DNA of 64,000 nt from Candidatus Marinacidobacterales bacterium (lineage in GTDB: Bacteria; Acidobacteriota; Vicinamibacteria; Marinacidobacterales; SMYC01): assembly GCA_965237955.1 (NCBI GenBank), contig OZ250169.1:6912001-6976000 (forward strand). The letters run 5' to 3'. Made by a program: the position numbers and the translations under genes. Positions 22,484 to 32,155 of the stretch are shown one piece after another. Position 1 is the stretch's first letter; each line of letters opens with the position of its first letter. The notes beneath the pieces were generated by a model that was not told the DNA's origin, did not search any database, and saw only the letters and a list, made by a program, of their open reading frames with translations.

Positions 22484-24043
22484 ATGCACCTCGTCTTCCT
22501 ACACGGCTACCTGCTCACGGGCACGGGCTCAAATATCTACGTCGCGAACGTTGCGCGCGCGTGGGCAACCCAGGGCCACGCGGTGACCGTCGTCTGCCAG
22601 GAGCCCGAGGCCTCCTCCCTCTCCTTCGTCAATGAGGCCTTCTTCCCTGGCGACGATCTGCCGAACGAGCCGCCTGCAGACGGGAGGCTGCGCGTGGTCG
22701 TGCCGGACATCGGTGGCCTGCTTCCGGTCTACGTGCTCGATCGCTATGAGGGCTATGAGGTCAAGTGCATCCCGGACATGACGCCCGAGGAGCTCGAGCG
22801 GCATATCGCGCTGACCGCCAGGGTGCTCCGGCAGGCCGCACGGAAGGCGCATCGGGTGCTAGCCAATCACGTGCTCCTGGGTCCCGTCATCGCGCGGCGC
22901 GCGCTTACGGGGATCGGCGTGCCCTACGACGTGAAGCTCCACGGCAGCGCAATCGAATACACGCTCGTCCCGACTCCGCGGCTAATGCCGTATGCGCTCG
23001 AGGGCCTGGGAAGCGCTGAGCGGATCTACGCCGGGACGCGCTATGTCCGCGACCGGGTGCTCGAGGTCTTCGACGCCGAGCGCGTGGATCTAGGCCTTGA
23101 CGAAAAGGTCCACGTCGTCTCGCCGGGAATGGACCCGACCGTCTTCACGCTCAGCGAGGATCCTGCCGCCAGCGAGCGTCGCGCGCTCGAGACCATCGCG
23201 ACCAAAATCCGCGAGAATGGCGGCGGCCGGCGGGCGGGCGCTTCCGTTCCGCCGGGCAAACACACAGACAGGGAGCTGCACGAGCTTCTGGTCTCGGCCG
23301 GGGAGACCTACGACCAGCGCACGCCGGACGCCGACTTGCTCGAGCGCTGGCCCGGGCTCCGGCTCGACGAGCCCGTGATCGGCTACCTCGGAAAGCTGCT
23401 CGACACCAAGGGCGTCGGGGAGCTGCTCGTCACCTTCCCCAAGGTTTTCGAGCGGATCCGAGAGAGCCGTCTGCTGATCATAGGATTCGGCGCTTATCGC
23501 GAGCATCTCGAAGGGATGGCGCAGTCGCTTCAGCACGGGGACCTGGACGCTTTCACACGTTACGCCCGCGCGGGCGGGTTTGTAGAAGAGCTGGACTTCC
23601 GGCCCTGGTTCCGTCCGCTCGGCAAACGAGGGCGGGACCGGATCACGCTCACGGGTATGCTCGACCATGACTGCCTGCGGGACACGCTGCCGCTATGTAG
23701 CCTGCTGATCGTACCGAGCAAGTGGCCGGAGGCCTTCGGCATGGTGGCCGTGGAGGCGATGGCCGCCGGAGTTCTGCCGCTTTGCAACTACCACGCGGGG
23801 CTCAAAGACGTCGTGGACGAGGTCGCCACCGTCGCGCCGGAGCTCGCCGAATTGATGAAGCTCGACCGTTCCCGTTTCGTACACGAGCTTCCGGACCGAA
23901 TCTGCGGCGCGCTCGAGTTCCTGTACCCAAAGAGCTTCGCGGAGCACGAGCATCGCCGCAATGTCGCCAAGACGCTGCGCAAGATCGCCGTCGAAAGGTT
24001 CAGCTGGGATGGGATTGCCGTGCGGCTTCTGAATCCCACCTGA
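22484..24043 (+). CDS. GT4 (GT-B fold) glycosyltransferase
   Basis: HGYLLTGTGSNIY, GKLLDTKGV, EAFGMVAVEAMA (EX7E). Confidence 0.88.
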   Translation: MHLVFLHGYLLTGTGSNIYVANVARAWATQGHAVTVVCQEPEASSLSFVNEAFFPGDDLPNEPPADGRLRVVVPDIGGLLPVYVLDRYEGYEVKCIPDMTPEELERHIALTARVLRQAARKAHRVLANHVLLGPVIARRALTGIGVPYDVKLHGSAIEYTLVPTPRLMPYALEGLGSAERIYAGTRYVRDRVLEVFDAERVDLGLDEKVHVVSPGMDPTVFTLSEDPAASERRALETIATKIRENGGGRRAGASVPPGKHTDRELHELLVSAGETYDQRTPDADLLERWPGLRLDEPVIGYLGKLLDTKGVGELLVTFPKVFERIRESRLLIIGFGAYREHLEGMAQSLQHGDLDAFTRYARAGGFVEELDFRPWFRPLGKRGRDRITLTGMLDHDCLRDTLPLCSLLIVPSKWPEAFGMVAVEAMAAGVLPLCNYHAGLKDVVDEVATVAPELAELMKLDRSRFVHELPDRICGALEFLYPKSFAEHEHRRNVAKTLRKIAVERFSWDGIAVRLLNPT

Positions 24044-24490
24044 ACCGCGCGCTCGAACCTTCGCGAAAGGAGACGGCGCACGAGTGGCCGCAGTTTCTAC
24101 CGGACGGCCGGCACTTTCTCTATTTTGCCGACAGCCTCGATGCCGAGCATCGCGGTATTTACGTCGCCTCCCTCGATTCCGACGAGCCGAGACTCATCCT
24201 CAACACCGAGGTACAGGCCACCTACGCGAAACCGGGTTATCTCCTCTTCCTGCGCGGAGCGACCCTTATGGCCCAACCGTTTGATGCGGACAGCATGAAG
24301 CTCGCTGGTGAGCCGTCCCGCATCGCCGAAGATGTCACCCACAATCCACAAACGAACCGGACGAGCTTCTCCGTATCCGAGACGGGCGTTTTGGCTTTTC
24401 GGACCGGTGGCCTTGGAGGTACTCCCATGGGCCAGCTCGTCTGGTTCGATCGCGAAGGCCAACAACTGGGAACAGTCGGTCAACCGGGCC
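24044..24490 (+). pseudogene. Fragment of a TolB-like beta-propeller (type often fused to kinases)
   Basis: HEWPQFLPDGRHFLY, LMAQPFD, FSVSETGVL, QLVWFDREG. Confidence 0.7.
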
Positions 24491-24712
24491 CCAAGTGTGC
24501 TGCGCTCGAGTACGGCGCCCAGGGATGTCTCTTCTTCTCTCCTCTCTGGGTCCGTAGCTCCCTCCGCCGCGACACCGAGCCTTTGAAAGGGAACAAGAAT
24601 CACTTCGTCAGCGATTTCGACGTGCCTTTCGGCTACAGCAGCAGCATCGTTCGCAAGTGAAACGGCATCCGGTATAATAGGCCTCCCCTTCGTTCCCGGC
24701 TAGGAGGTCACC

Positions 24713-24916
24713 GTGAAACATCTACTGGAAAGCGGAGGAAATGCCGCCGCGTTGCTCGGAGTGCTGCTCTGCCTCGTGGCAGGTGGCGCGCGGATTGCCG
24801 GCGCCTCCTATTTGATGGGCTTCGAGCTCATGACGTTGTTTACCGGTGGTATGGGGCTCATGCTGACGGCTTGTCTCGCCAAGCTCCACCTTCTCGCAAT
24901 GGCGACGCAGAAATAG
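24713..24916 (+). CDS. Small two-TM membrane protein
   Basis: AGGAGG RBS, GTG start, hydrophobic helices. Confidence 0.65.
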   Translation: MKHLLESGGNAAALLGVLLCLVAGGARIAGASYLMGFELMTLFTGGMGLMLTACLAKLHLLAMATQK

Positions 24917-25443
24917 CGCCTCTCTTGCCTTCGGCAAGCTCCGCCCGCGAGCGCGGATAGACCTCCCCCACTCCTCCATCGGTATGAAAACTGCGATGTC
25001 GATGGGTAGAACGCTAGCGTGTCGGCGAATCTAGTCGGGCCGATTCGAACCCGGAACGTGTTACTCGATCACGCCGAGCTGCTTCATGAACGAGAGCATG
25101 TCGAAGTAGTGGCGGCTCCGTTTGTGCTTCGGCCCATCGAATTCCATCACCCAACTCGACCGCGTGGTCTGGCTAGCCGAAGAGGCGTGTAACTTTAGGT
25201 TCATGACGGAGAACAGCTCGTCCACAGAAGGGCTGATAGAACATGTCAAGAACCAAAGCGTCTCGGCAGAAACCCGATCGTCCCGTCGTCGGTATTCGAA
25301 TATCCGTCCGTGATCGGGAACGCCTCCGTAAGGTAGCAGAATCCCACGGCCACACTCTCTCGAGCTACGCGAGGTTCGTCCTCCGACAGCACGTAGATCG
25401 AGCGACAGCGCGTACTTAGTTTCCCGGTTCGGAGTCTTACACC

Positions 25444-25788
25444 ATGACCCGGGAATCTATACCCGTGCGCTATCTGCGCGAGAAAGACGTTCTACCTCGC
25501 GTAGGGGTGCACCGATCGACCTTGAGACGGTTGGAGTCGAATGGGGACTTCCCCCGCCGCCGCAAGCTCGGCCCCCGGATTACGGGTTGGATCGAGAGTG
25601 AAGTGAACGAGTGGCTTGCGAGCCGTCCTGTCGAACCGTGCCCGCCGCCTGTTGAAGCGATCGCCGGACGGAAGAAAAAGGCCGCACAACGTCGAGAAGT
25701 CGAGATGACTTTGAAATCGGGTTCATCGAGTGGACGGACCGCGCCGACGGTGGACGCAACGTCACCAAAGCAGAGCTGTTTGAGCTGA
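25444..25788 (+). CDS. AlpA-family phage/satellite regulator (excisionase-like)
   Basis: RYLREKDVLPRVGVHRSTLRRLESNGDFPRRRKLGPRITGWIESEVNEWL. Confidence 0.85.
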   Translation: MTRESIPVRYLREKDVLPRVGVHRSTLRRLESNGDFPRRRKLGPRITGWIESEVNEWLASRPVEPCPPPVEAIAGRKKKAAQRREVEMTLKSGSSSGRTAPTVDATSPKQSCLS

Positions 25789-26234
25789 GTCTCGTCGCGG
25801 TCCCGTGCAATAGCTCTGCTCTACGTGTGGCTAGCGTCATGACCGCGAAGTCGAAGACCGAGCTACAGGTGCTCGTGAGCAGTGCTGTCCGCGACGGCAT
25901 GCGCGCATCGAAGCCTAAGCTCGTGTCCGTGCCCGAAGTGACCGCCATGATCGAAAACAGTTTCACGATGGGTTCGAGTCCGCCGCCATCGAATCAATTA
26001 TCAACGAGAGCGGTGCTTTGGATCGCGACGGTATTAAGGCAAACATACGTCGCGACCCGCTGGTGTTCGGTGCAATCGTCACCAACATCATGGCCGTTCA
26101 TCGGGAGAAAGCGGACGAGCTGGCGGCGCAGATCAACGATACTATTCGCGCGAAGGCGGCGCGCCTATCACTACGGAGACACGGAGCGTAGCAAAGCCGC
26201 AACCAAGTGGCCGCACCGGTTTCTCCGGGAGTAG
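25716..26234 (+). pseudogene. HK97-type prohead protease C-terminal remnant
   Basis: IGF...GGRNVTKAELFELSLVAVPCNSSAL from 25716, in frame with ORF 25827-26234. Confidence 0.65.
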
Positions 26235-26292
26235 TAGATGTAAGATAGTAAAAGGAGGAGAACGATGAGAGCAAAGACGGAGTATCGAAACG

Positions 26293-26922
26293 ATGCAATC
26301 TAGTCCGGCTGTGTTCAGGGTCGGTTTGGGCCTCGTCCTTGCTGCGGCGCTAGTGGTGCAAACCGGCCTGGCCAGGGCGCAGGAAGAGCAGGAAGAGAAG
26401 ATCCGGGAAACCTACCGGGCGCGCGCCACGTATTCGACCGGGTTCGGCACCAGAAAGCGGTTGACGATCAGCATCGACCGCTGGACGACCGACGAGGAGC
26501 ACAACCAGCTCATCACAACGCTCGTGGAGAAGGGGTCTGAGGATCTTCTCAAGGCGCTTCAGAAACAGGAAGTCGCGGGCTTCGTCGTATTCGCTACGCC
26601 CAGCCATCCGCCAGCCATCCGCTTGCGCTATGCCCGCGAGATCCGAGTGGAGGGCAAACGCATCATCCGACTGGCCACCGGTGAGCCCATCACTGCTTAT
26701 ACGCCATTTACTTCGGACCTTCCGGACCCTGATATTGCCGGTGATTTTGCGGTGAGCTTCCTGTTCAGCCTGATCCAGCTCCGCCTAGACGAAAACAACG
26801 AAGGGGACGGCACGTTGTGCTTGGCCGTCCAGGTGAAGTACGACAAGGAGAACGCCAAGCTTCTTGTGGAGAACTACTCGCCCGACCGCGTGCATCTCAC
26901 CCGGGTGACCAAGACCAATTGA
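26293..26922 (+). CDS. Secreted hypothetical protein
   Basis: Signal peptide; ISIDRWTTDEE, IQLRLDENNEGDGTL. Confidence 0.7.
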   Translation: MQSSPAVFRVGLGLVLAAALVVQTGLARAQEEQEEKIRETYRARATYSTGFGTRKRLTISIDRWTTDEEHNQLITTLVEKGSEDLLKALQKQEVAGFVVFATPSHPPAIRLRYAREIRVEGKRIIRLATGEPITAYTPFTSDLPDPDIAGDFAVSFLFSLIQLRLDENNEGDGTLCLAVQVKYDKENAKLLVENYSPDRVHLTRVTKTN

Positions 26923-27021
26923 CGTAATGGCCCCGCCTTTTTCCAGGCTAACCGTATGCACCGTACCGTCGACAAGTGCGAAGGACTCCCTGCACTCCCT
27001 CCTACTTCGTGCGGCGGACGC

Positions 27022-27107
27022 TAAGGCGTCGAGTGCCTGGTGAGCGTTTCTTCCAGGACGGAATCCGTAAGACATTCCTCGAAATCCGCTTCGAAGATCG
27101 GCTCCGG
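27022..27107 (-). pseudogene. Group II intron reverse transcriptase scrap
   Basis: EPIFEADF then SYGFRPGRNAHQALDAL with a 1-nt shift. Confidence 0.65.
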
Positions 27108-27269
27108 ACGCGGTGTTGCATTGATGATGAGTGGTGACGGAGTGCGAGACCCTATAGCCGGGTCTCGATTCGTCAACCCCCCCTACCCCCCTTCCGGACG
27201 AGTCCACCTCTGACACGAAACGCAAGGCTAGTGCCGCGACGCGCCGCAGTAGTGCCACGGCTCGTAAGG

Positions 27270-27344
27270 TAAGCAATGGCGGTACCGCCAAAGCTAGTAA
27301 CGCGAAGGGTATAAGCAGTGGCGGAACCGCCAAAGCTAATAACG
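27270..27344 (+). repeat. Two 33-bp repeats with 42-bp period, each with an internal palindrome
   Basis: TAAGCAATGGCGGTACCGCCAAAGCTAGTAACG / TAAGCAGTGGCGGAACCGCCAAAGCTAATAACG. Confidence 0.85.
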
Positions 27345-27361
27345 GGGCGTCTGCCGAACGC

Positions 27362-27832
27362 ATGGCTGTAGTCCGAGCCGCGCGTACAAGTCTCGGTGGT
27401 CGTCCGCGCGACTTCAAGAAGCCCAAGCCAGGATGGAACACCCGCAACGTCTCCCGCCTAGCGCGTGACGGTATCGAAGCCGCCGACATCATCACGACAC
27501 TCGAGATAGGTCCTGTGTTGCAGGCTAGTCCCGAGAAGCGCGCGCAGTTCGACGTCCTGGTTGCGAGCGGTCACGCCGAGTTTCGGATACGGCTTCAACG
27601 CTGGCTGCTGAAGTCCGCGAGCAAAGGCGGGTCCAACGCTATAAAAAGTCTGGCTGGGGTTTGGCTTGAGAAGTTTTCGGACATCGAGCGCAACATGTGG
27701 GACCAGAAAATCGCGGGTGCGACTGAGCGGATAATGGGGCTCATCGAGAAGCACAAGAAAGCGTACGCGCGTGACAGTACGGCGAGGGCGGCAAAACGGT
27801 CACGCGTGACCGATATAGGGACGCGGGTATGA
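27362..27832 (+). CDS. Phage-like hypothetical protein, possibly terminase small subunit-like
   Basis: GGRP start and GHAEFRIRLQRWLLKSASKGGSNAIKSLAGVWL helical pattern; frame open upstream to 27158. Confidence 0.4.
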   Translation: MAVVRAARTSLGGRPRDFKKPKPGWNTRNVSRLARDGIEAADIITTLEIGPVLQASPEKRAQFDVLVASGHAEFRIRLQRWLLKSASKGGSNAIKSLAGVWLEKFSDIERNMWDQKIAGATERIMGLIEKHKKAYARDSTARAAKRSRVTDIGTRV

Positions 27833-28047
27833 AGCGTAGCGTCCACACCCTAGAGCCCGACGAAGGCGGTACCTACCACCGCGCCCACTGCCGGCTATGT
27901 AGTCGTCCGTTCGTGCGTGTCCTACGAGCTGGTGCGCACATTCGGCATTTTTTGTTTTGCGACCGTTGCCGCGAACGAGCTGGGACGACTATCGAGGGCG
28001 GTACTGAGGCGACGAAGCCGTCCGAGCTTGAGTACATGACGGGCTAG
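27829..28047 (+). CDS. Small zinc-finger protein
   Basis: CRLC...CDRC; ATGA overlap with previous ORF. Confidence 0.55.
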   Translation: MKRSVHTLEPDEGGTYHRAHCRLCSRPFVRVLRAGAHIRHFLFCDRCRERAGTTIEGGTEATKPSELEYMTG

Positions 28048-28245
28048 CCGAATCGCTGTAAGTGACGCGTCTGCGGTGGTGGGTAACCCCTCAGTCGCCG
28101 TCGGAGTGCCCTTCTTGGGCATCCTCGTGCGTCGTTTTTCAAGAGCGCTAAGAAATCTAGTAACTTCTGAAACGATTGGCTCATTCTTTCACGGAGGATA
28201 AGTGCCGTCGGCTCGAATTCAGTTCGCCAGCCCTGACATCACGGG

Positions 28246-28713
28246 CTAACTACCGTCAAGTGAATCAAGAAGTAGGCTAACGGGCATGTGCGTCAACACA
28301 AGGATGACGATCGAAGCAAACGCTACTGCTAACCCAATGCCAAGAAACATCGCCGAGCCTAGTGTCTCCGTGCGCACCCGCTCCGTCCGAACCCACCTCC
28401 ACGTGACAAACGCCGCGAAGCCTCCTCCCACTGACCACACTAAGATCAGTAGCGGAAAGAGGCGGACAAACCAATTCGACGCTGCGATCGCGACCCTCGT
28501 CGGCAATGGGAGCTGCACGCCGAGTCCTGCCAATAGTGCGGCTTGCGCGGGTACGTACCACCGCAATAGCCAAATCAGAAATAAGACTGCCCAAAGACAG
28601 AAGAGCGCCGTCATTCCCAGCACTATGCGGTCCGCCCACGCGACTTCATTACCTGTTTCATTCATGACGGGATTCCCTAGGTTTCCTCTCAGCTCTACCG
28701 CTGGCGACCGCAT
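28246..28713 (-). CDS. Membrane protein with a GspF/PilC-like segment
   Basis: LAGLGVQLPLPTRVAIAAS motif; three hydrophobic helices. Confidence 0.5.
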   Translation of the reverse strand: MRSPAVELRGNLGNPVMNETGNEVAWADRIVLGMTALFCLWAVLFLIWLLRWYVPAQAALLAGLGVQLPLPTRVAIAASNWFVRLFPLLILVWSVGGGFAAFVTWRWVRTERVRTETLGSAMFLGIGLAVAFASIVILVLTHMPVSLLLDSLDGS

Positions 28714-28788
28714 CCGCTACCAACCGCTTGGTATGCGCCCGTGGTGACCCACATGCACGAGTTCCCGAGGCGTGGTCTATTCTAGACT

Positions 28789-29315
28789 ATGGATTTGAAA
28801 AGTTTTTGGGACCTCACCGACTCCCTCGCTCTTTATGCGAGCGTCATCGCCACTGTGTCTCTCTTTTGGAACATTTACCTCGCGTATCGAGACCGGAGCG
28901 CCATCAAAGTGAAAGTTCGTGCGGTGTACGCCCGACCTGCCTCGAGCCCGGCCCCGACTCCGAAAAAAGCGTATTGAGCGTATGAGGTTACGATGTGGAC
29001 GATTTCAAGCTTCACGTGAGCGCCACTGCAATCAACATGGGCAGGAGACCCGTCACGCTTGTAGGCGTGGGCATGACATTTAACGATGGGCAGACTTTCG
29101 CAATCGATGCAGACCAGAAAGCAGTGCGGCTCGAAGAAAAAGACCGCAAAGTCTACCTCTTTCCAGTTGACCTAATCCAAAAACACGCAGAAGAGCAGGG
29201 CTGGAGTCTTCCGAAGGATATTCAGAGCGTGTGGGTGCGGGACGCCACTGACCGATTTTACAACGCCTCCTGGTGGCAACTCCGCAACATACGAAAGCCA
29301 ACCAAGTCTTCATGA
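28789..29315 (+). pseudogene. Hypothetical N-terminally anchored protein, disrupted near 28975
   Basis: LALYASVIATVSLFWNIY..RDR then, in a second ORF, ATAINMGRRPVTL...VRDATD. Confidence 0.5.
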
Positions 29316-29389
29316 AAACGAACTTCCGAGAACGCCACCCAGTTGCCCCCCAGCACCGCCACCCAATCCACGTAACGTATCGATTCATA

Positions 29390-29464
29390 TGGAGCCGACG
29401 GGCGGATTTGAACCGCCGACCTGCTGATTACGAATCAGCTGCTCTACCACTGAGCTACGTCGGC
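29390..29464 (-). tRNA. tRNA-Thr(CGT)
   Basis: GCCGACGTAGCTCAGTGGTAGAGCAGCTGATTCGTAATCAGCAGGTCGGCGGTTCAAATCCGCCCGTCGGCTCCA; anticodon CGT, encoded CCA. Confidence 0.97.
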
Positions 29465-29503
29465 TTCGAACGAGGTGGGGCTCTTTGCGATGCGAGGTTT
29501 TCA

Positions 29504-29532
29504 AGCTTAGACTAGCGTTTCGTAAGTGTCAA
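29504..29532 (-). promoter_or_regulatory. Sigma70 promoter of the tRNA
   Basis: TTGACA-17bp-TAAGCT on minus strand. Confidence 0.7.
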
Positions 29533-29582
29533 CCTGCCTTTAGTTACGAGTCTCGCGGAACCCGCAAAACACCTTGAAGCCC

Positions 29583-29611
29583 TTGACAAGTGCTTTTCTA
29601 CGGTTTACCTT
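29583..29611 (+). promoter_or_regulatory. Sigma70 promoter of basic protein gene
   Basis: TTGACA-17bp-TACCTT. Confidence 0.65.
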
Positions 29612-29720
29612 GGGCCTACATCCTGTATGACAACTAAAAACGTGCGCCATATTTTGTGGAAGTGAGCCGCTTCGACGGTTCCCTTCTGATTACCAACCAA
29701 CATGAAGGGAGGTGAGTAGC

Positions 29721-29972
29721 ATGGCAAAAAGGAGACGTAGAAAATCATCTGCTGGCAGCGCGGCCGCGAAACAACTTCGTGCGGTCAAAAAGCGCATCAC
29801 GCGTCTAGAACGCAAGGCCAGGAAAGATGCTCAGGGCGCCATGAAAAAGGCGGAGAAGGAGATCCAGAAGATCAACAAGGGTCTACGGGCAGCCAAGAAG
29901 AAAATCGTGGCGGATCTGGCCAAGAGAAAGAAGAAAGCATCCAGAAAGAAAGCATCACGGCGGAAGAAGTAG
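29721..29972 (+). CDS. Very basic Lys/Arg-rich small protein (histone H1-like composition)
   Basis: GGAGGTG RBS; MAKRRRRK...KKKASRKKASRRKK. Confidence 0.8.
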   Translation: MAKRRRRKSSAGSAAAKQLRAVKKRITRLERKARKDAQGAMKKAEKEIQKINKGLRAAKKKIVADLAKRKKKASRKKASRRKK

Positions 29973-29994
29973 GACTTCCTCAAGGGTAACAAGA

Positions 29995-30027
29995 GGGGGT
30001 GAGGCATTCCTCACTCCCTTTTTTTTT
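29995..30027 (+). terminator. Rho-independent terminator
   Basis: GGGGGTGAGG-CATT-CCTCACTCCC followed by T9. Confidence 0.9.
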
Positions 30028-30139
30028 GCTCGCACATCGAGTGTGAGCTCAGCCTCGTCGCGCCATGAAATAGCGCCCAACTGATTCAACAACATTCGCC
30101 GGTGTTCTTGCGCTACGATGCGTCGGTTCCGAACACGTC

Positions 30140-30419
30140 ATACAAGCCCCTGGAGTGCGTGTTCGCCCGGGTCACGAAAACGGTCTCGGCGGATCTAAAA
30201 ACCATTGTCGAGCCTTGTCAGCTCGGCGGCAACCCGGAGTGCTCGCAGTGCGGGTGTCTCGGGTCGATGGGACTCCACGCGGTCGCAGAACACCAGCTAC
30301 CACTCGGCATGAGGATCCGCCCCATCTTCAACGCGTCGGACGCGATCGGCAAAGCGGTGCGATGGGTTCGCGAGGCGGGGAGCGACCTCAGCTCGCGACC
30401 CACTCCGCCGCCGCCGTAA
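30140..30419 (+). pseudogene. Radical SAM protein C-terminal Cys-rich fragment
   Basis: ECVFAR...SADLKT..PCQLGGNPECSQCGC; no CxxxCxxC core. Confidence 0.55.
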
Positions 30420-30470
30420 TCTCCGAAACGTCTGAGTACTTGATGCCGGCGGAGGTGAACGGCCAAACTC

Positions 30471-31145
30471 CTAGAACCATCTGAACGACGCACCGACGGA
30501 GAACTCGAAAGCTTTCGGCGACGACGTGCCCCCTGGAAACGTCAGGCCTTCGTTCGCCGTATGATAGCGGACGTCGGCACGCAGACCGATCCATTGCGGC
30601 GACGAGAACCAATACTTCAAGCCGCCACCCACGTTGAAATCGAGAGCCGACACGCGATCGATCCCCGCGATCGCCGCCACCGGCGTCGTTCGCGCGAGCC
30701 ACACACCCCCGGTGACATAGGGCGCGAAGTCTCCGATGGGGAATTGGTACACCACGTTCCCGCCGAAGTAGAGCTGATCGGAGCGAAACTGCTCGCCGAG
30801 AGCCACATTGCCGACCTCGAGGTCGTCGATGTCTAACGTGTACGCATTGCTCGAGCCCGACAGGTTGAACTCGGCGGCGAGGTTCGGCGTGAATCCCCAG
30901 CTCGCGCGAAAACCGTAGAGCTTGCCGAAACTGACGTCCGTGGCCGCGCCGGTGACGCTCTGATAGAGATTGGTCGCGGTTCCGAGCGACTGGTCCACGG
31001 TCATGCCGCCGACGAAGCCCGACACCTGGAGCCGCCCCGGCATGCCCCGCTGTCCAGGAGCGCTCGGGTTGACTTCGAATTGGGCGTGAGCGCCTGTCGC
31101 GATTGTCGCGAGCGCGGTCACAAACAAGAACACCGCACCCCTCAC
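30471..31145 (-). CDS. Outer-membrane beta-barrel protein
   Basis: Signal peptide; PYVTGG, FNVGGGLKY, GLRADVRY, terminal F. Confidence 0.85.
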   Translation of the reverse strand: MRGAVFLFVTALATIATGAHAQFEVNPSAPGQRGMPGRLQVSGFVGGMTVDQSLGTATNLYQSVTGAATDVSFGKLYGFRASWGFTPNLAAEFNLSGSSNAYTLDIDDLEVGNVALGEQFRSDQLYFGGNVVYQFPIGDFAPYVTGGVWLARTTPVAAIAGIDRVSALDFNVGGGLKYWFSSPQWIGLRADVRYHTANEGLTFPGGTSSPKAFEFSVGASFRWF

Positions 31146-32155
31146 CGTTCCACCTCCACGTCGATGCCGCGTGTCACCGTGGAGGGTGTCACCTCGACGG
31201 TCCCCATCTGGTAGATCGTATCGCTATAGTCGAGATCGGTTCCGAACTCGGGAAAGCCGAAATCCGGCGGAGACGCGGGATCGCTGATCGGGTTCACACG
31301 CACCGTGTGGGGGCCGGCCGACAGCCCTTCGATCTCGTAGTCGCCGTTGTCGTCCGCGAACGCTGCGATGGTCTCGCCCGTGAACGGGTTGAACGCGACA
31401 ATATGGGCGAAGGCCACGCCCTGTCCTCCTTTCGTCACCCGTCCCGCGAGAGAGCCGGTCAATTGAAGGAAGCCCCCGGCGGCGTAGAGGAGAGAAACAC
31501 CGGTCTCATCGTCGACGGTGAGCGTGCGCCCCTCGACGCTCCCGGGCCCGAAAGAAAGCGGGAACATGATGGCGGCGCCGGAGACGAGCCGGCGCTCGAA
31601 ACCCATGGACTCCATGAAGCCAATGTCGGAATGATCCTGGCCGAGAAAATGTCCGACCTCGTGCACCGCGACCGAGACAAAATCGAACGTGTTCGGTTCC
31701 CCGTTGGGGTCGACCGACCACACGAAGAGGTTACTGAAGAAAATGTCGGCTTCGAGAATCTCGCCGGTGAAGATATCGATCACCTGAAGCGTTGCTGCCA
31801 ACACACCCGGCTCTGCGAGGTCGGGGTCGGAAGTGAAACCGAGCGTGCTCTTGTCGTCGAAGAACTCGAACGGCTCGGCGTCGGTGAGACCCGCGAGCTC
31901 GAACGTGATCGTCGCCGTTTCCACCTCCCCCCAGGTCCGGAAAGACCGGTTGACCGCCTCGACCGCTTCGGGCAGAGAGAAGTCGAGCGGCTGCCGATCG
32001 TTGACGTAGTAGCCGACAGGAAACGCCGCGGACGACCACGAAAGCTCGACGAGATCGCCGCTAGGTGTCCTATGTTGCAACAGGTGATAGGCCCCGGAGC
32101 CGGGCACGAATACCAGGAGACAAAGAGCTATCAGCGCGGGTCGACGGAGCTTCAT
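31142..32155 (-). CDS. Matrixin (M10-like) metalloprotease with carboxypeptidase-regulatory-like domain
   Basis: HEVGHFLGQDH, Met-turn AIMFP. Confidence 0.88.
   Translation of the reverse strand: MKLRRPALIALCLLVFVPGSGAYHLLQHRTPSGDLVELSWSSAAFPVGYYVNDRQPLDFSLPEAVEAVNRSFRTWGEVETATITFELAGLTDAEPFEFFDDKSTLGFTSDPDLAEPGVLAATLQVIDIFTGEILEADIFFSNLFVWSVDPNGEPNTFDFVSVAVHEVGHFLGQDHSDIGFMESMGFERRLVSGAAIMFPLSFGPGSVEGRTLTVDDETGVSLLYAAGGFLQLTGSLAGRVTKGGQGVAFAHIVAFNPFTGETIAAFADDNGDYEIEGLSAGPHTVRVNPISDPASPPDFGFPEFGTDLDYSDTIYQMGTVEVTPSTVTRGIDVEVER

Noticed and set aside
25030-25056. Third tRNA/att fragment (GGGCCGATTCGAACCCGG)
   Set aside because: Only a T-loop-like core; no match to the tRNA-Thr acceptor or anticodon arms
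25061-25120. Ester cyclase/SnoaL C-terminal scrap (RHYFDMLSFMKQLG)
   Set aside because: Too short to call confidently
27270-27344. CRISPR or guide array
   Set aside because: Only two repeats with a 9-bp spacer and no cas genes
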